From: Nemertoderma westbladi
Lineage: Eukaryota; Animalia; Xenacoelomorpha
DNA length: 64,000 nucleotides
NCBI GenBank assembly: GCA_032718475.1
Contig: JAUCBJ010001263.1
Coordinates: 1-64,000, forward strand
Direction: 5' to 3'
Shown: positions 61,105 to 64,000 of the stretch, piece after piece
Numbering within the stretch: position 1 is the stretch's first letter
Layout: the number at the start of each line of letters is the position of its first letter
The notes under the pieces: model-generated
What the model was told of the DNA's origin: nothing
Databases searched by the model: none
The model's input: only the letters and a program-made list of their open reading frames with translations
Program-made: the position numbers and the translations under genes

Positions 61105-62745
61105 GTAGGGTGTGTCAAAAAATTTTTTTTTTCGATAATTCAATTTTCCTATCGTAAATGGGATGCCAAATTCATTAAAAATAACTTCAAAACAAATGAA
61201 AACATTTTATTTTTACATTTGACCCCCGCACAAGCCAACTTTGTTTCGAACGTTTTTTCAAAAATTAAATTTTTTATGAAATTTTTTTCCTTTTATATTT
61301 CAACTTTCCCATATTTTATAGCATTCTTGGTTAGTTAGTTATTTGTAAGAAACGATAATTTTACAATTTCATATATGTTCTACCCCCGCACCTAGTCACC
61401 AAAGTAGGTTGCTTTTCACGAATACGCAAAAAAATATCGTTATTTATGTCATTATGTTTGTCAATGTGTATATTTAACCAACTTATCCCTAAAATTTGTG
61501 ATAATAAACAGTAGAACTGGGTCTGTGAACATTGTAATTAGTCTGGACGAGATCAGTACTATCAAGATGCTTTATTAATCACCACCAACACAATATAAGA
61601 AAAATCAGAATCCAATAACTCAAACTAAACACCATCTGTACTACTGGGGATATTAAGGTTTATCTTTAGCTTAAAATCTTTCTTAGAATTAAATTTTGGC
61701 ATTGTTTGGCGACTAGATAATTGAGTTCTAATGTAGCCATCTCTCTCCTTAACACCGCAGACTCGTTTGGATACAGTTGACACGCATTGAACCAATTGTT
61801 CCACATTCTGGGAATGACATGGAATTTCCCATTTCATAGGACCTTTCTCCAGTAACATTTGTAGCTCAGTAAGAGATTTATTAGCTATTAAAGGGGGTTG
61901 ATGTTTCTCTTCATTAGTTTCAAGTAGCTCTAATAATGTATTCTCGGTACACGATATGTGAGGGGTACGGAACACTCTAATGATTGGCTCACTAGTTATC
62001 AACTTCGATATTCTAATTTCACGTATTATATCAAACGCCTGAAATCGAGTGTCCTTATCTTCAGATGACAACAAAGATAATAATACATTTTCGCTGTGAG
62101 CATAATATGCCCCTTGACGGAGAACTGGAAATATAATGGTCTTTTCATTATCGAGGAGTAACTTGTCACACAAAATCAACATATGGAGGAAGTGTAAAGC
62201 CCCGTATTGTATCTCCCAATTACGCTTTATATTAAACCAGGAAGGGGCATATATATTTATCACAAAATAAGAAAGACGGGAAAGTACATCAGATGGATCT
62301 TCGGTAGATACATAAAGCCGAAGGATTCTTGACGCAGTTGTAAGCCACCTCGAGTGACTGATAGGTCCTGGAGTTTTATTGGCGGTTGATTCACATAGTT
62401 CTCCAGATATTACTGCATTGCAGATATCAAATAAATATCGCTGATCACTCGAAAGTTTGGAAGAAACAGACTGTTCAAGTTCAGGAAAATTATTATTGAT
62501 AATAGGCTCAAATATAACAGGGCTAAATTTGTGACAATTATGAAGGAGTTTCCCAACTGGACCCGAAAATGTGTTGCTTCCTGTTGTAGTACCGTCAAGT
62601 TCTATTATCAGATGTCGAAGTGGAAGCTCGTTGATGTGAAGGAGGCATATCGCATGTTGAAGTGGTGTTTCTAGTTTCCGTTCGAGGTTCACAATTATTC
62701 CGTTTTTCCAGCCAGTATTAACGCTGGTGCTATCGCATCCAACTG
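61105..62745 (-). mobile_element. hAT-superfamily (hATm-like) DNA transposon, 3' part
   Basis: terminus tagggtgtgtc at 61105 interrupts the LINE; transposase on - strand. Confidence 0.75.
61625..62743 (-). CDS. hATm-like transposase C-terminal exon
   Basis: tttttcag acceptor; VGCDSTSVNTGWKNG, ICLLHINELPLRHL, LSSDQRYL, PGPISHSRWLTTASRILRLY, PCHSQNVE. Confidence 0.78.
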   Translation of the reverse strand, partial: VGCDSTSVNTGWKNGIIVNLERKLETPLQHAICLLHINELPLRHLIIELDGTTTGSNTFSGPVGKLLHNCHKFSPVIFEPIINNNFPELEQSVSSKLSSDQRYLFDICNAVISGELCESTANKTPGPISHSRWLTTASRILRLYVSTEDPSDVLSRLSYFVINIYAPSWFNIKRNWEIQYGALHFLHMLILCDKLLLDNEKTIIFPVLRQGAYYAHSENVLLSLLSSEDKDTRFQAFDIIREIRISKLITSEPIIRVFRTPHISCTENTLLELLETNEEKHQPPLIANKSLTELQMLLEKGPMKWEIPCHSQNVEQLVQCVSTVSKRVCGVKERDGYIRTQLSSRQTMPKFNSKKDFKLKINLNIPSSTDGV

Positions 62746-62916
62746 AAAAAAATCAATGTAAACAATAATTTTTAAATAATAAATACCGTTATACCTCTAC
62801 ATAACTTTTCCTATTGCCTACTGTATTTAGATTTTTCGGTAGTTGATTTCAGTTTGAGCTTAATGCGCCTAAATATATACGCCTATATAGGCCTATACGT
62901 TTATTATTTGGAAGCA

Positions 62917-63190
62917 GGACAATTCGGTCCCGGACAATTCGGTCCGGACAATTCGGTCCCGGACAATTCGGTCCCGGACAATTCGGTCCGGATAATTCGG
63001 TCCCGGACAATTCGGTCCCGGACAATTCGGTCCCATTAATTTTATGTTTTGGGACCGAATTGTCCGGCACCGAATTGTCCGGATACTGACTAGGACAATT
63101 CGGTCCCAAAACATGCATATTAATGGGACCGAATTGTCCGGAACCGAATTGTCCGGGACCGAATTGTAGGGGCCGAATTGTCCGGGACCA
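62917..63190. repeat. 15-bp repeat cluster in both orientations
   Basis: ggacaattcggtccc tandem units followed by reverse-complement gggaccgaattgtcc units. Confidence 0.92.
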
Positions 63191-63842
63191 AATTTAATTG
63201 GTACTGTACTATATAATGGTGAATGTTCTAGAACCTTAATATATATTATTATATGGTAGCTAGTGTTTTTTTTTGCTAGCTAGTATTTTTTTTAAATAAA
63301 AAAATTTACTTTTTTTTTGTTAACATTATTATTTATGGTAGCTATGGTGTTTTTATGGAGCTTGTGAATTATTTACTAGCTAGTAATAGTATGTATTTAA
63401 AATGTTTAAAGCTGATTTTTTTTAATATATTGCGTAAGTATACTGTATGTGTTGTTGGCTGGTTAACAAGCCTAAATTATTATCCTAGATATTAGCTGGA
63501 TCTCATTCAGGGACTGTTATAATATCATCAATATTGTTGGTAATTAATATAATCAGCAACAATTTAGGCCTAATTCTGAAATATCATTGTTTTCACAGGT
63601 ATTTTTATAATTTCAAGGAAATGTTAGCTAGTAAAAAAAAACACTAGCTACATCTTAATAAATAATATATAATAATGTTCTCGAACACTACCAATAACAA
63701 AAATAAAAAAAATACAGTATTTTTAAAATTTCAAAAAATTCTAGCAAGTAAATAACACTAGCTACCAAAACAAATATCTCTACTAATGTTCTAGAACATT
63801 CACCAATATCAAAAAAAGCACTAAAAAGTTGCTATCAGGAAC

Positions 63843-63981
63843 CGGACAATTCGGTCCCGGACAATTAGGTCCCGGACAATTCGGTCCCGGACAATTCGGT
63901 CCCGGACAATTCGGTCCTAGGACAATTCGGTCCTAGAACTATTCGGTCCCGGACAATTCGGTCCCGGACAATTCGGTCCCA
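63843..63981. repeat. second cluster of the 15-bp repeat
   Basis: ggacaattcggtccc tandem units, followed by the same atttat..tgttttggga spacer seen at 63035. Confidence 0.9.
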
Positions 63982-64000
63982 TTTATTTAGTGTTTTGGGA

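Noticed and set aside
62849-63118. ORFs with GPNCP/GTELS repeats
   Set aside because: Translations of the 15-bp repeat

Overview
AT-rich, repeat-dense animal (invertebrate-like) nuclear DNA with spliceosomal introns; not prokaryotic, and no CRISPR array. Host genes: (1) last four exons of a type IV collagen (end of Gly-X-Y plus full 12-Cys NC1 domain, 610-3428, +) that appears to lack both sulfilimine cross-link residues; (2) a multi-exon C1orf87/DUF5580-like gene (6453-16415, +) largely missed by the ORF track, whose intron holds a 7.1-kb 40-bp satellite built from the exon 3' end plus its own splice donor; (3) an intronless aldo-keto reductase (18558-19577, -); (4) the last exon of SUCLA2 (22434-22600, -). 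From 24 kb onward the window is a nest of transposons, probably all inside one SUCLA2 intron. It contains a very large BEL/Pao LTR retrotransposon with an Academ-like MITE inserted, Helitron, L2 and SGNH remnants, piggyBac MITEs, pogo-like DDE_1 elements (one nested in an Academ derivative), Polinton/Maverick capsid-gene remnants, a piggyBac transposase fragment, an RTE-like LINE and a hATm-like transposon. All family assignments come from motif recognition by eye; no database search was run.
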